From the IMG/VR virus record IMGVR_UViG_3300045988_161557: a stretch of 63,703 nucleotides of DNA; one strand, given 5' to 3'. Numbering within the stretch: position 1 is the stretch's first letter; the number at the start of each line of letters is the position of its first letter. Shown piece after piece: positions 10,801 to 18,003 of this stretch. The stretch is from a virus. The translations under genes and the position numbers were made by a program. The notes below the pieces were generated by a model. It did no database searches. It worked only from the letters and a program-made list of their open reading frames with translations, and had not been told where the DNA came from.

Positions 10801-13800
10801 GACTTGTTGGCCATCCGTAAGGTTGGAAAGGCCACCAACCTCTTCTGAATTTTCAGAAGGCAGTATGAGGACTTGGCCGCCCTCACGGATGGCTTGTTTT
10901 TTTATAAGCCCCAAATTCTTATCGTTCACATAATGCCAGTGGATAATCTCAACAGCATTCTTGCTTGGGTTTATTTCCAGTAGTACTATGCGGTTATGCC
11001 CTTTTTCGTCTTTCGTGTTTATTACTACCCAATTATAGGGGCGTTTAGCCTTTTGGTTCTGCCCATACAAGTCAGCATTGTATAAAGCGGAAAACAAAAT
11101 CCCACGACTTTGGCTAGGGGATAAGTCCTTGTGGCGTTCTGCATTTCTCTCAAAGATATTCTTCTTGATGATGACAGGTTTACCGTCCGTGCCAAGGGCA
11201 TTGCCAACATTCTCAGGAACCTGCGGCAACTCCACATTGCGGGTAGGGTGTGAAAAGTCTTCGTCTGTTATATCGTCAATAGACTCTACTTTTTCCAGCT
11301 TTAATGTACCGTCAGCGTTCAATGGGTTGCCCTGACTATCATGCTCATTGGTGGCAGAATATTTTTCGCGTTTCGCTACTCTTTCTTCCGACGGTATATC
11401 ACCTTGGAGTTCTGGTGTTCCTCCCACATTCGCTGGTCTTCCTCCTGCTGCTTCTGCTCCAGCATTCTCTTGTGTAGCCTCTGGTTTACCAGCGCCTTCA
11501 TCGCCAGCATCTTCTTCTGCTCTGGTGTCTGCGCGCTTTTCACCTCCTCGGGTGTCATCAGTCCGTTCGCCAAGTTGTACTTGACGGCTTCCACCATCGC
11601 TCTGCTCTTCTCCTGCGGAGTCATTTCCTTCTGTTCCATTGTTCTGTTGTTTAGCTTGTTCTTCTCTTCTGCGCAAGTCCTCCTCTATCTCGTCTGCGTA
11701 TAGCTTGGTGAACTCTTGCTCGTCAAAGTTACTATATCTTCTCAACATCTCGGGCATCTCCTGCTCGGAATATGCGATATAGTCCTCATAAGACATGCCA
11801 TAGCGCTCGTTATAGTACGCATCGCGCTGCGCGTTGTACTGCGCCACAAACTCCTGCTCCTGGTCAGTCTTATATCGTCCCGACTTGAGGAAGTCTATAA
11901 TGGCATCCCTTGCGGCAGCGCTGTCACCGCCGAAGAAGCGGCCGCTGTTCTCTGTATTGTCGAGGTCAACCAACTTTTCGGACAGGCGTTCTATGCTGTC
12001 TCCCTCCTTCGCGATACGTCCTGCCCACTGCTTCTGCTCCAGCGTCCCGCCTCCAGTCTCTTTTCTGAAGGACTCAGGTGCTATCTTGGCACTTGCCATG
12101 AAGTCGGCGATGAACTCCTGCTGTGTGGGTATGCCGTTCTCGGCCTTTCGCTGTGCTCGGTAGGCCGCGCGTGCGTTATCATCGTTCAGCTCGCCCTCCC
12201 AGCCTTGCGCGTCTGCGGGTGTGGTTATTCTCTCCACTTCGGCTTTTACATCGTTCCAGTACTGAGCCTTGTGGCGGGCATCTTCCAGTTCGTCTTCCCA
12301 CTTCTTCTTGCTGGCAAGGTACTTGGCCTTGTCAGTGCCTACCTTGGGCTTCCGATTCTCCAGCTTCTTCACGTTCTTGTCGGCTTCCGCTATCTGTGCC
12401 TCTATGAACTCGCCCACCTCCTTATCGTCAAGTGTGCCGTCATACAGGTCTTCCACGGTAGCCTGCACAGGAGCTTTGTAGTACTGGGGTACTCCGTTCT
12501 TATCCAGCGGTATCTTCGGAGTGGCCTTGTTCTCCACAGTGGGAGCGGCCTCACTCTCCACAGCGGGAGCGGCTTCACCCTCCACTACAGCGGATGACCC
12601 GCCAGTCTGCCCCTCCTCGTCTGGTGCGTCCTTGCTATCCACGTAGTCATGCAGGAGCTGTTTCGTCTTGGCATCCCACTCTGACTCATCCACGATGTCT
12701 ATCCACTCATGGATTGTCTCGGCATCGTTCTCGTCACGCGCCCAGCCGTCAACCATTGCACGTGCGCTTCTTCCTTCCTCGGTAGCGTCCAACTGCGCGG
12801 CCACCTCGCTACGTGTAGGCACGGCTGTATCTGCAGGAGCGTCCTCCTCTGTAGCGGGAGTGCCCTCTATGACCACAGAAGAACCGTCAGTCGGTGTCTC
12901 CTCTGTTGCACCGCCCTCCGTAGTCTCCTCCACCGCGCTGCGCTCGGCATCGCGCTGCGCTGCGTCCTCCTGCTCATACACGTAGTCCTGGGAAGACAGA
13001 AGCTCGTCAGCGGTGGCCTTGAAGGGTGTGCCGCTTATGGCTTCCTCCTCGCCTGCCTCGTTCATGCGTGTGGGCAGGAGATAGAAGTTACCCTCCTCAT
13101 CCTCCTTCACGATGAGGAAGCGCTGTGTCTCGTTATCCTCGTCCTCGCTCTTGCGCATGCTGATGCTGACCGTCTCACCCACGGCAGGCTGCACGGTCTT
13201 GTTATGGTGGTTGAGGTTCCAGCGTACTTCATCCTTCGCCTGCTCCCACAGCTGCTGGCGTCTGACTTCTGTCTCCTCGCTGGCATTGACGGCTGTCAGT
13301 TCTCCCGCCTCATCACGCGGTATCATGCGCAGAGCGCCTGTCTCCATATCGCGCACCACCAGCGTACTGCCTTCGTCAGACAGGGAAGAAGGCACAACAT
13401 ACTCGTTCTCTCCAAGGTTAGATCCGCGCCAGGCGTTGCCATCCTCGTCCGACATGAGGCTTAACGTGTTGCCGTACTTGTCGGCTTCCTCGTCCACGCG
13501 GTCATGCGCCCCTGCCATGATACCGCTCAGTCGGACGCTGGACAGATACACATCCGTAGCGGCCTTCTTCTGCTCCCAGTTCAGTGTCTTCAGTATCTCC
13601 TGGAACCGCGGCAAGTCCATATCCCGCACGGCCATCACGAAGTCCTTGCCCAGCATTTCGGTAGCGGTTGCCGCTGCATTGTCAAACTCTACAGCGGCAT
13701 TGTGGCGCTCATCAGCGGCCATCTCATGCCCTGCGTCAAACGCGCTCTTATAGCCTCGCTGTACACGGTTTGCACTTATCTCCCCAGACATATCGCTTGT

Positions 13801-16248
13801 GTTTACGCTCTGGTAGGACACCAGCTTACCAGCGTAGTCCATCAGCGCGCGCGCCTGCTTGCTGTCCTTCAGCCCGCCATCCTTGAGGACGGACATATAC
13901 ACATCGCATATATCCTTGATGCTCTCTGCCTCGCGCATGCGGGTCATAAGAGGTACAGCAGTCTCCTCGCCCAACGACTTGCGCAGGGCATCGGCAGAGG
14001 TGTTCAGCTGGCGCTTGACGGTGTAGGAGTTGTAGCGCTTCTGGCCTTGCTCGATAGCGGCCATGGGCATAATCATCGCTGCCACAGATAAGAAGGTCTC
14101 CAAGTTTGTCTCAGCGTTGAACATGGATCCTTTCCAGTCGTTCACGGCTTTGTTGTAGTCCTCCTCGCTCTTGTAGTCCTCGCGCTTTGGCTCGAAGACA
14201 CCTCCCGTCAGGTTCATGTCGCCTGTGAAAACCGCGTTCTCCAGGTTGTTTATCACCTCCTCTGCATACTCCCCGAAGAGGCCGCTTATGTGCGCTTTCT
14301 TGCGGAACTCGGCCAGCAGTGAAGCCTTCTGCTTCGGTGAGGATGCAATGAACCGTTCCACCATGCTGCGTGCCAGGGGCATATCCTTTGCGGCAAGGTT
14401 GGCAAAGTTCTTTATCGGTGAGAAGTACTCACCCACCAGCTCGGACTGGTTCTCGAAGTAGGAAGCCAAGCCCCCCTTGAGGTACGACTTAGCCCCTGTC
14501 TCTCTGTCCTCCACGCGGTCATACACTATGCGTCCGCTGTCATCCACACGGCCTATGAACGTACCCGTCTGCCTCTCGTTGATAGAGGCCATGGTACGCG
14601 GCAGGCCAGTGGTGAGTGTTGTACCCAGTGCCTCCACTCCATCACCTATCACGCGGCCTGCGGTGTTCATCGCGCGCACGCCCCACTTGCCGTATTTGTT
14701 CACAGCGGCTACGGTGAGGGCGCGCTGCATGCTCTGCTCGGCGGCGTTCATGGTAGGCGCGCCAGTCACGTTCTTCATCACCGTCTTGCCCGCTGTCTTC
14801 ATCGCGCCCTTCAGCACTCCCTTCACGCCTCCCTTGGCAGCGTTAGCCGCTACTTGCTTCTCCACAGCAGCACCCAGTCCGTTGAGCGGGTTGAGGTAGA
14901 TGCTGGCGGCAAAGCCCGCAGAGGCAGGCACGCTCTGTCCTACGCGGTAGGACATCGGCACGTGCTCACTGAAGTTAGCGTCCAGCGTACTTGATACGGC
15001 CATCGCGTCCAGAACTCTCTGCTCGGTTGCGGTCAGATGCTCCTCGGGTGTCTTGCCTGCCTCCTCGGCCTTGCGGATTCGCTCCGACTTATCTACAAGC
15101 TCAGCCAGGTTACGGCTGTCGGCCCAGTCGTTGGCACCGAAGTCCCACGTGCGTATATCGCGGGTAGCGTCCCACGCGCCACGTGCCACGTTGAAGGCTG
15201 TGTTGTTGGAGAAGCCCTCGCGCGTAGCCTGCTTGATAGTGTTTTCTGTGTCCTCCAGTGCCTGCTCTGCGGCCTTGGCCTTGCCATACTCGGGGTCTGT
15301 CCACCTACGTATGTAAGAGGTCACGTTGGGGAACTGGCTCTCAGCGAACTCCATAAAGCCCGACTTCTCGCCTCGTCTCTCCTCTATGTCCTCCAGCGCC
15401 TTGGCCACCTCCTCCTTTGCAGCCTCGAGTTGTTCTCTGCCGCCTCCCAGCTCGTACTCGGCCTTCACATCGCGCCCGCGGTATTTCTTCTCTGCTGCGT
15501 CCCGCTGCTGCTGTAGGCGGTCTATGGCCTGCATGATATAGCCTTTGCGTGTCTCACTCGTATGGTCGGTACCCTTAATGCGGTCATACTGCTCCTGCAT
15601 GACGGTCAGCTGCTTGTCTATGCCTGCCAGCTCCTCCTGCCGCTTGCGGTCTATCTCCTCCTGCACGTGAGCCAGCTTACGCGCCTGTTCCTGCTGCTTG
15701 TCCAGAGCGGCCTGCTCACGCTCGGCAGAAGCCTGTGAAGTGTACTCGTTGCCGCTCTGTGTTATGTAGGTGCGCTCCTGTTTGCCTGTCTTGGCATTGA
15801 ACGTAGGAGCGGTGGCCACAGTACGACCCGACTTGCCAAGTCCAAGTTCTATCTTCGGCACGTTAAGCCCGAAGTTGGCCTTCTGCCACTCCTGCGCGTT
15901 CTCTGCCTGGTGCAGCACATCGCGCCCGCGTGCTACCGCCAGAGCGTTGTTCTTAGCCGCTCTTGCGTAGTCATCCGCGTTGGGCTGTGCCGCTCTGCCC
16001 TGCTCTTCGGCTGGATCCTCCTGTTTGGCTGGCTTCACGGCATGCAAGCCAAGGTTGGCAGCAAACTCCTCGTAGGTATTGCTCTCTACGGCGTTGTCCT
16101 GCTTCAGCGCTGTAAAGAGCGCGAGCCTGTTCTTGTAGCCTTCCTCACCAGGTGCAAGCATCTTAGCTCGGAAGTTCTCTCTACCGCTTGTTACCGCGCC
16201 ATCACGTTCCAGCGCATCGTATAGTATATCTAACTTATCCTGTGCCAT
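1900..16248 (-). CDS. Giant polyvalent protein (4,782 aa), multi-domain, probably virion-delivered anti-defence or ejection protein
   Basis: Single uninterrupted 14,349-nt ORF. Motifs read from the translation: family-I PPase-like TYGYIRGTVGVDGDHIDV (about nt 10342-10400); zincin HEYAH (8101-8115) and HEAVAH (5830-5847); a YRAV..GDWVTPS..NEWGY module (8525-8725); small His-rich nuclease-like or MuF_C-like modules (ERNAERH ~10880-11260, IGDIDLVWG..GFGLAKL ~9680-10040, NRHLNKH ~7280-7560); a hydrophobic helix FAFAFGAAPVTAAAVALPLF (3000-3105). Long acidic or coiled-coil linkers separate the modules. Confidence 0.8.
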   Translation of the reverse strand: MAQDKLDILYDALERDGAVTSGRENFRAKMLAPGEEGYKNRLALFTALKQDNAVESNTYEEFAANLGLHAVKPAKQEDPAEEQGRAAQPNADDYARAAKNNALAVARGRDVLHQAENAQEWQKANFGLNVPKIELGLGKSGRTVATAPTFNAKTGKQERTYITQSGNEYTSQASAEREQAALDKQQEQARKLAHVQEEIDRKRQEELAGIDKQLTVMQEQYDRIKGTDHTSETRKGYIMQAIDRLQQQRDAAEKKYRGRDVKAEYELGGGREQLEAAKEEVAKALEDIEERRGEKSGFMEFAESQFPNVTSYIRRWTDPEYGKAKAAEQALEDTENTIKQATREGFSNNTAFNVARGAWDATRDIRTWDFGANDWADSRNLAELVDKSERIRKAEEAGKTPEEHLTATEQRVLDAMAVSSTLDANFSEHVPMSYRVGQSVPASAGFAASIYLNPLNGLGAAVEKQVAANAAKGGVKGVLKGAMKTAGKTVMKNVTGAPTMNAAEQSMQRALTVAAVNKYGKWGVRAMNTAGRVIGDGVEALGTTLTTGLPRTMASINERQTGTFIGRVDDSGRIVYDRVEDRETGAKSYLKGGLASYFENQSELVGEYFSPIKNFANLAAKDMPLARSMVERFIASSPKQKASLLAEFRKKAHISGLFGEYAEEVINNLENAVFTGDMNLTGGVFEPKREDYKSEEDYNKAVNDWKGSMFNAETNLETFLSVAAMIMPMAAIEQGQKRYNSYTVKRQLNTSADALRKSLGEETAVPLMTRMREAESIKDICDVYMSVLKDGGLKDSKQARALMDYAGKLVSYQSVNTSDMSGEISANRVQRGYKSAFDAGHEMAADERHNAAVEFDNAAATATEMLGKDFVMAVRDMDLPRFQEILKTLNWEQKKAATDVYLSSVRLSGIMAGAHDRVDEEADKYGNTLSLMSDEDGNAWRGSNLGENEYVVPSSLSDEGSTLVVRDMETGALRMIPRDEAGELTAVNASEETEVRRQQLWEQAKDEVRWNLNHHNKTVQPAVGETVSISMRKSEDEDNETQRFLIVKEDEEGNFYLLPTRMNEAGEEEAISGTPFKATADELLSSQDYVYEQEDAAQRDAERSAVEETTEGGATEETPTDGSSVVIEGTPATEEDAPADTAVPTRSEVAAQLDATEEGRSARAMVDGWARDENDAETIHEWIDIVDESEWDAKTKQLLHDYVDSKDAPDEEGQTGGSSAVVEGEAAPAVESEAAPTVENKATPKIPLDKNGVPQYYKAPVQATVEDLYDGTLDDKEVGEFIEAQIAEADKNVKKLENRKPKVGTDKAKYLASKKKWEDELEDARHKAQYWNDVKAEVERITTPADAQGWEGELNDDNARAAYRAQRKAENGIPTQQEFIADFMASAKIAPESFRKETGGGTLEQKQWAGRIAKEGDSIERLSEKLVDLDNTENSGRFFGGDSAAARDAIIDFLKSGRYKTDQEQEFVAQYNAQRDAYYNERYGMSYEDYIAYSEQEMPEMLRRYSNFDEQEFTKLYADEIEEDLRRREEQAKQQNNGTEGNDSAGEEQSDGGSRQVQLGERTDDTRGGEKRADTRAEEDAGDEGAGKPEATQENAGAEAAGGRPANVGGTPELQGDIPSEERVAKREKYSATNEHDSQGNPLNADGTLKLEKVESIDDITDEDFSHPTRNVELPQVPENVGNALGTDGKPVIIKKNIFERNAERHKDLSPSQSRGILFSALYNADLYGQNQKAKRPYNWVVINTKDEKGHNRIVLLEINPSKNAVEIIHWHYVNDKNLGLIKKQAIREGGQVLILPSENSEEVGGLSNLTDGQQVEKNGGELVMLSSKDKVESLSTPQHDLSSDGKGSTKLATEQEKGNIFAEAERLAEEERAKREKPSENKGGALLSEQIATASAEVNTEPTEAQKEAGNYKKGHVQVGTFDITIEQPQGSVRRGTDANGKEWESKMNNTYGYIRGTVGVDGDHIDVFLSNDIDGWDGRKVFVIDQYNPDGSFDEHKVMLGFNDADEAMGDYLANYEQGWENGRRIDVSAVNLEDFEKWIESSKRKTKAFNEYKNVKSESAESPKTGAFGTIYTQFKGKPQEAIAFLLEKKEGEAVDALHHKDIGDIDLVWGKEGTAKSDGFGLAKLAKYHPEVLGNLQEILDAMVVVKRTYNRVQLESETHQASVRLTWDSEKKNWLLTAFEKKNSVSDNTTDTVGTAEGGKRNGTATPQNTVSDGKDKEKVSSEQGNGEKSAGAKLVKGEREATSVRLQKTDNVDVESMAAEHGLDGMWLSRYAEGMRERNSAAAAMALHDLKALYLREHIAEKKALMERDGVSGLLANKRLFEPVEQAIKAKYGDVDVLIEERRKQAEIERGMMEAARKRAEEEETKRQQHLEELSLLTGDEIDERYADALAKGDEATAREMLDEAARRKGYGDAESDYQGVGAWGAPSKPNYETDEARRNAVGEDSPDLNVEDMAAGYSNQPEDIFAHPDKYSQGLPTSKESGKAIQTAIDDIRNGKKDAKIKVYRAVPTTVKEGKLRNGDWVTPSKRYAELHGDNRLEGKYRIIEDEVPASDLWWDSNDVNEWGYDNGKNYRYKNVKNNRKLNDLVTRDDNGNIIPPSKRFNSRKADERYQRGKGAVPARKEEAILRDALIDRMRENGMDVITNEEEGQRVLDEAKNYVIFNGKDAKITDHVRFFRTADGEAYGFTVDGKIYIDPKIANSETPVHEYAHLWASALRQSNAKEWANVVGLMKDTAVWEEVKKRYPELTTDDEIADEVLATYSGRKGAERLRKEMEEATKNGSIFDKAEAMSAMQKIRQALDTFWKSVAYFLHIHYTTTEEVADRVMKDLLDGVDPRMMNDGESVESIRYQHVESKEYESPERANERFNDELDAFKNKSHKGLLHLGRPGAILRAAGIDVESITLSPTVLNRHLNKHAITTDDLKGLAKSIQSPILVYKHGKNSPNIVVVTELDVKGGKLSASFELDSNGEVVKVSNISSIHNKDAEKELLRLYKMGEKDFRNALKWVEKEKMLNWLAPSSYKPSGMQTNEAPFDIAKVIQDFENPKVSDEKVSEDDLYRVVDDKETIERLDAEPKITAYRAMQVIDGKLYSPMAAKVDGELTDSNPYGAWTEAEETLLDFTPEQKAAMEALDKSNEPGNVELIKGKLRYNKQSKNGKGTLQFHLVKGDGSSLWAAYNPYIHSSMSMLNDQFTSAYKRPNIVVVEVEIPESELTSGYRAQNAKNTVGMTEWKAGPVAGQLPGDMARQVMLSRWSKVKRIVPYSEVADQVAATLSTAEEKTGQKVQLPIESFHPELRKELEKRGFEFQHGKYTEETAKRKAWDDLTDEEKQQAYKGAAYMDDAAIEALNSEYRGEWLKREGEGQATDEEVSLANDPVSKMIGKSRYSAGQQVEYAENMRERMTTHAQELAEKLHLINVEIVADGSGFTGKRQKAKGFYNKTTGKITVVIGNHTSMADVEKTILHEAVAHNGLRQLFGEHFDQFLDNVYESCDYKIRQKIDALMEEKGYDQRTATEEYLASLAEDINYETTDPTFWTAIKEAFLDMLHTLGFDYAGPVLTDNELRYILWRSYKNLEEPGSFRSILGTAEDLKMQETLGVGQYETEGKESAAAEDLFREDDISRALNNDSEGAGWSRETMQRAWDDVMSKASFLAKEGYFDYLASVDEFQKLVERATGEKVSDMQNAYKAMLQLSSRNANEMKLFDSAFARPLQRAVYRLIGAVKDFKKGKGLELSWYLISKHGIERNRDMAIRAAMKEKAKESFAEQIHEATAELKEERTQLLTELTRIAAGETSPLGTEAAIKARVKQIEAEIDSIKKHPNKHGLKTEAEFYEDELDNWYRTASFIKEYAEENGWTWRETQEELTRRAADFGADVTEDYSGLSALVEEEEDFTEAAYRRVENYENTHYTDDLWEAIRAMSGYSLEKQRSSGLTTKKYVDDQLRRYDFFVPLRGWADPTAEEMYDYLDGQRSELGNPVKTAKGRKSEADNPLGGLLSVAYRSIASGNKNMALQHFYNLVSAHNTNGLAVIDSMWVENRGTEDAPDWVLATPELTDPMTGGREMSAEEVQAELDRFNADMREKAALGMAIQMKKGTPLPPYRVTQQHARAHQIRLSVGGTNRVITIVGNPRVAMALNGLLNPENSGWPILRKLNNFMAGAFTNYNVSFGGANLARDTAHSNLRAFIGESPAYWWALTKKQNLILGNVANWARMVGMLRKYEAGKPMTGYHERMFKELMDGGGATGYTMIRNQKESTQFMVDMVRDLKNIKRRKLSPMRMFEFFSFLNEAAELVNRFVAYETSREMGRTRERSIDDAKEATLNFNRKGAGAKSLTQRDGAKYRLSNALNYYSQYGRSFIVFFNAHVQGTYQLYRLVKEHPAKFAFAFGAAPVTAAAVALPLFNNLLLPAIYSAVGGDGDDDWGDYYYELSDWERQHNICLRLPKGHGWLKIPLTPELGAMFQVGDVTGASFAGKRDMQASDFAGIMELVAPNNVDFTDAGTAISSLVPSSLQWASHIAVNRDFKGSRLRNDNMFSRYQPEYLKATRSTSATITAMSRALNKVGGGNDERSADNVLDFAPGYVQEMLTGIAGGWASTALAVSDALAAPYLEGGGSEKDYWKGAKGLFDRGGVPVLSRFWISGSGERNAARAKGEYMRTVKPFMGATESEFSLIKRIPRPAALDVRAKEEKLEAAKKSHDLFAIAEAEKSLEAAKANFEEAKKTQRQKLDALQGSERFKAYRDMRGITRYIDYMLRLYKDNDLPDNVVDSLQEANRRLLEVEK

Positions 16249-16250
16249 AT

Positions 16251-17381
16251 TTATAAACCAAGTGCTCTTGTGTGTGACATATTATTGTTCGGCTTCTTTC
16301 CTGTCTTGGCCTTCTTCTTGGCCTCTTCCTTCTCTCTGAGCGCTCTGGTATGCTCGCCGCTCTTCTGCTTGGCGCTCTTACCTCGTTCAGTGGTCTTACT
16401 GCTCTTGCCTCCGAAAGCATCTACAGACTTCGTGACAGTCTTGTTACTCTCGTCTATCTCTTGACTCATCAGAATATCCGCGGCTTTATTGCCTGTCACC
16501 CTAATCTTTTGCGTTTTATGTGTAACAGGGTCGGCAAGCTCTACATCCACATAGTTTCCGTTGCCGCCTCCACCGCTTTTTGCTTTGGAGTTCCAGTATG
16601 CTATCTTGGCTCTCCTTTCTGCCTCCGCAAGTGGCTGACCCTCTTCCAAGGCTTGCGTCTTTGCGTCCCAATAAGCCTTTATGGCTTCGTCCTTTGAATC
16701 CTGCACCCTCATGCGCCCAATCTTTGCGTCATTAAGGGCTTTCTTGTTCGCCGCTTCTCTCTCGTCTGCATTTACCTTGCGCGTTAACTCCGCTCTCTTC
16801 AGACCAAGCTCCTCTCCCTTCTGCTGGAGCGCACGGCCTTGCAGCAGGTTGTTAAGGTAAGCCTGCCTGCTCTTCTCCACCTGTGTGCGGAATGCCTGCA
16901 CGTCCTTGTTAGCGTCTGGCAGGTCTGGAAGCTTCTGGCTTGGAGCCACACCGCCTGTAAAGGCAAGGTTGCTGAACGCGCTGAGCACGTTGCCCAGTGC
17001 GCCCATGCTCTGAGCGGCAGCAGCTCCGCGCTCTCTGCGCTTCTGCTCCTCCTCGGTCATCGGTGCGGAAGTGTACTGCTTGACCAGCTCAGAGAAGTTG
17101 TCGTAGTCGCTGACTGGCGGTATATCCAGGGATGGCTTTTCCTTCTCCGCAACGGGCGTTTCCACTCTCTGCTCTTTCGGTGTCCATGGGGTCTGCGGTG
17201 TATAGTCCGATGTCTTTCTCTGCAAGGCGGCTGGCACCTCGTCCTTCACGGCAGGAGCGGGGGCGGTCACGGCAGGAGCGGGAGTCAGGGTAGTAGTTAC
17301 CGCTGGCTTCGGTGAGTAAGTCACACTCTTCTTCTCGTCATCGTCGAGAAAAGAATACATGTCTGATTCTGTTCTCTTCAT
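16251..17381 (-). CDS. Hypothetical protein, Pro/Thr-rich N-terminus, coiled-coil and Lys-rich C-terminus
   Basis: 376-aa ORF. There is a 2-nt gap to the giant gene start and a 2-nt gap to the upstream gene. No recognisable motif. Confidence 0.65.
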   Translation of the reverse strand: MKRTESDMYSFLDDDEKKSVTYSPKPAVTTTLTPAPAVTAPAPAVKDEVPAALQRKTSDYTPQTPWTPKEQRVETPVAEKEKPSLDIPPVSDYDNFSELVKQYTSAPMTEEEQKRRERGAAAAQSMGALGNVLSAFSNLAFTGGVAPSQKLPDLPDANKDVQAFRTQVEKSRQAYLNNLLQGRALQQKGEELGLKRAELTRKVNADEREAANKKALNDAKIGRMRVQDSKDEAIKAYWDAKTQALEEGQPLAEAERRAKIAYWNSKAKSGGGGNGNYVDVELADPVTHKTQKIRVTGNKAADILMSQEIDESNKTVTKSVDAFGGKSSKTTERGKSAKQKSGEHTRALREKEEAKKKAKTGKKPNNNMSHTRALGL

Positions 17382-17383
17382 AT

Positions 17384-17995
17384 CTACTTCTTCTTAAACA
17401 GCCCCTCAAAGAGACCTTTACCGTTATTAAGTTTAGCCTGCATGTCAGCACCCACTACACCCATGCCTGCCTGCATGCCCGCAGAGGCAGCTGTCTGTGC
17501 GTTCTGTGCGGCCTGTGTGTAGTACTGCATATTACGCGCTGCGTTAGCGCTTATGTTCTGTTGGTTCTGCTTATCCACAGCGTCCTTGTAGGCTCCTGCC
17601 TGCGAGGCTATCTGTGCGGTAGCGTCAGCAAGCCCTGCATTAGCGGACTCCTGTGCGGCCATCACGCTCTCGTCTGTACCTCCCGACACGGCCTGTCTGG
17701 CGCGGGCGCTGTTAATCTGCCTCTCTGCGGCCTCACGTGAGCTGTTGAGGAGGCGCTGCACATCAGCGCGCTGTGTGTAGTCCTCGTTCATGCGCTGGTT
17801 GTACCAGTCGTTCTGCTTCTTGTTTAGGTCGGCAATCTCCTTCCTGTACTTCTTCTCGGCCTTGTGAGCCTTGATTCCTCCATAGATGCTTGAACCTATT
17901 GAGGTGGCAGCGCCTAATATTGCTCCTATCATTGCAACGATTATTAAAAAGTTATGCCCGCAAAGATAATCTCCGCGGGCATTCTCTCTTGACAA
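17384..17995 (-). CDS. Membrane-anchored Gln/Ala/Asn-rich protein (possible internal virion or ejection protein)
   Basis: 203 aa. N-terminal hydrophobic Gly-rich helix FLIIVAMIGAILGAATSIGSSIYGG followed by Q/A/N-rich low-complexity sequence. Tightly coupled to its neighbours. Confidence 0.6.
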   Translation of the reverse strand: MSRENARGDYLCGHNFLIIVAMIGAILGAATSIGSSIYGGIKAHKAEKKYRKEIADLNKKQNDWYNQRMNEDYTQRADVQRLLNSSREAAERQINSARARQAVSGGTDESVMAAQESANAGLADATAQIASQAGAYKDAVDKQNQQNISANAARNMQYYTQAAQNAQTAASAGMQAGMGVVGADMQAKLNNGKGLFEGLFKKK

Positions 17996-18003
17996 TTTAT
18001 CAT

